From a virus: a DNA stretch of 34,652 bases. This document shows, piece after piece, positions 33,534 to 34,652 of this stretch (the first letter of the stretch is position 1; every line of letters begins with the position of its first letter). The DNA lies in IMG/VR virus record IMGVR_UViG_3300025858_000008; one strand, 5' to 3'. The notes beneath the pieces are model-generated. The model worked only from the letters and a program-made list of their open reading frames with translations, had not been told where the DNA came from and searched no databases. The position numbers were made by a program, and so were the translations under genes.

Positions 33534-33924
33534 AGATCAATGGTACAAGTATGACGGCTGCTACTTGCAGTTTATGGGCGTTAGCAAGACTGGCAAAAAC
33601 CAGTTCCGCTATGCCGGAGACGATTGCAATATCTATATCGATGTTGAGGACAAGCTCAAGCCGTCCTCGCTGCTTCCCGACTTCAGCAATGCGAAGGAAG
33701 GGGACGAGTGCTTTAGTGCTGAAGATGATTTCTGCATAATGTTGCCATGCCATGACAAGCATTTTGTTCCGGCAATGAATAGCAATGGTGGTTTTGATGT
33801 ATTTCTACCAGATGGAAGATTGACAGCAGAAAGTAAGCACCCCACGCTATTCAACAGCTTCGCTCAGTTCCTCGCCTACTGGCAGGAAGAGGCACTCAAG
33901 CTGAAGGGAGGCTCCGATGCCTAA
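33517..33924 (+). CDS. Hypothetical protein
   Basis: Codirectional ORF of 135 aa. Confidence 0.45.
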   Translation: MMDFIKDQWYKYDGCYLQFMGVSKTGKNQFRYAGDDCNIYIDVEDKLKPSSLLPDFSNAKEGDECFSAEDDFCIMLPCHDKHFVPAMNSNGGFDVFLPDGRLTAESKHPTLFNSFAQFLAYWQEEALKLKGGSDA

Positions 33925-34006
33925 CTGCCTTCACATAGCCATCGCCTTCGCTATAGCCTTCCTGATGTGCTGGCTCGCATATAGACTGATGAGGGGGAGA
34001 AAATGA
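33917..34006 (+). CDS. Tiny TM peptide (29 aa), absent from the ORF track
   Basis: MPNCLHIAIAFAIAFLMCWLAYRLMRGRK. Overlaps both neighbours. Confidence 0.35.
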   Translation: MPNCLHIAIAFAIAFLMCWLAYRLMRGRK

Positions 34007-34158
34007 ACCGAAACATAGACGATAACCATAAATGCACCTATGATTCTGTGAGAGACTGCCCAATGTATGAGAGTGTCAAGGAATATTGGGAATTTATGGG
34101 ATACAATGCCACCGCCGATCTGGTGCGGGAGCTGATTGCGAAGCAGGAGGGAAAATGA
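34003..34158 (+). CDS. Small hypothetical protein (51 aa), absent from the ORF track
   Basis: GGGGGAG SD. ATGA overlap. Sequence is MNRNIDDNHKCTYDSVRDCPMYESV... Confidence 0.4.
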   Translation: MNRNIDDNHKCTYDSVRDCPMYESVKEYWEFMGYNATADLVRELIAKQEGK

Positions 34159-34171
34159 AGGGAGAGAAGGA

Positions 34172-34384
34172 ATGTTAATGGCAATAGCTATCGCTGCCCT
34201 CGTAATGTCTGCAACCGCTCTTGGGCTATCACTTGGCAACAGTTCACGAATAAGCGGCCACGAAGCCGATCATAACACCCACCAACTAATACGTTCTTCA
34301 ATGGATAGGTGCACACAAAGTCAGATAAGGCACATACAAAACTGGCTTGAACAAACAGATGAAAAGCTAAAAAAAGGAGATTGA
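34172..34384 (+). CDS. Small N-terminal TM protein
   Basis: ATG 34172 lies after GGGAGAGAAGGA. Contains MLMAIAIAALVMSATALGLSL. Confidence 0.45.
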   Translation: MLMAIAIAALVMSATALGLSLGNSSRISGHEADHNTHQLIRSSMDRCTQSQIRHIQNWLEQTDEKLKKGD

Positions 34385-34386
34385 AC

Positions 34387-34602
34387 ATGGATAAAACTAT
34401 AACAACACTTAAAAAAATACTTGCTTGGGCAATAGCCACGCCGTTCATAGTTATTACCTTTTCCCTATACTGGATAGGATACATCCCATATTATGCAGCA
34501 ATAGCAATTTGGACACTAAACGATAAGCTCTGCTTGTTATCCAAAAACATACTAAGCAGACTAAACATGTCCCCGGTATTCGCCAAAAAGAGGCACAAAT
34601 GA
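34387..34602 (+). CDS. Small two-TM membrane protein
   Basis: AAGGAG SD 8 nt before ATG 34387; the track start at 34381 is TTG. Its stop overlaps the ATG of the zinc-ribbon remnant. Confidence 0.5.
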   Translation: MDKTITTLKKILAWAIATPFIVITFSLYWIGYIPYYAAIAIWTLNDKLCLLSKNILSRLNMSPVFAKKRHK

Positions 34603-34652
34603 CTGACATCCGCTATCAAGAGCAGTGCGCTAACTGCGAGTGCGATATCTGG
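34526..34652. repeat. Terminal direct repeat copy 2, identical to 1..127
   Basis: Same 127 nt as the window start. Confidence 0.95.

Noticed and set aside
1-34652. I searched by eye for tRNA/tmRNA genes, CRISPR repeats, a reverse transcriptase with TR/VR repeats (a DGR acting on the fibre or LamG genes), an integrase with attP, invertible segments, inteins or introns in terL, portal or capsid, and stop-codon recoding.
   Set aside because: No cloverleaf-compatible T-loop sequence is present in any gap, and no regularly spaced repeats were seen. No ORF carries RT (YxDD) or tyrosine/serine recombinase hallmarks. terL, portal and the capsid gene are of normal uninterrupted length. All genes read through cleanly with the standard code. 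The absence of an integrase and repressor suggests a virulent or non-integrating lifestyle, but this is inference only.

Overview
The window is one complete genome of a tailed dsDNA phage with siphovirus-like organisation (no sheath gene, 730-aa tape measure). The first 127 nt are identical to the last 127 nt, so the unique length is 34,525 bp and the molecule is circular or circularly permuted. Coding density is very high, AGGAG-type Shine-Dalgarno sites are strong, and many gene junctions overlap as ATGA. There are two transcription arms. (1) The minus-strand arm runs 23734 down to 3749: ParB-domain/DNA methyltransferase fusion, terS, terL, portal, MuF-like head morphogenesis protein, scaffold, major capsid, connector and tail-completion proteins, major tail, G/GT tail chaperones with a canonical -1 slippery heptamer, tape measure, tail tip and fibre genes, a LamG-domain protein, a lysis cassette (small membrane proteins plus M15 peptidase), and a terminal metallophosphoesterase. 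(2) The plus-strand arm runs from 24053 through the window end, wraps, and ends at 3524: a small Cys protein plus excisionase-type HTH, replisome organizer, DnaC-like loader, RecT plus Gp157-like protein, many tiny zinc-ribbon and membrane ORFs, YopX-like, Lar-like/DUF551 paralogs, an AT-rich promoter-HNH-MTase-MTase cassette, an SprT-like HExxH protein, and RusA. I saw no tRNA, rRNA, CRISPR array, reverse transcriptase, integrase or CI-type repressor. The most unusual signal is the HNH plus two-methyltransferase cassette (about 128..2373). It is bracketed by a decayed copy and an intact copy of the same zinc-ribbon gene, a third copy of that gene start is fused onto the second MTase, and its left junction coincides exactly with the contig breakpoint. 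Other items worth a look are an iteron/palindrome array between divergent promoters (23836..23929), a duplicated A-tract+CTTGACA promoter module, a GC hairpin just upstream of terS, and a 443-aa early protein with an internal repeat resembling DUF2829. Product calls rest on motifs I could read by eye and on gene order; no database search was possible. Several ORF-track starts are GTG or TTG, and I moved these to in-frame ATGs that have an SD site.
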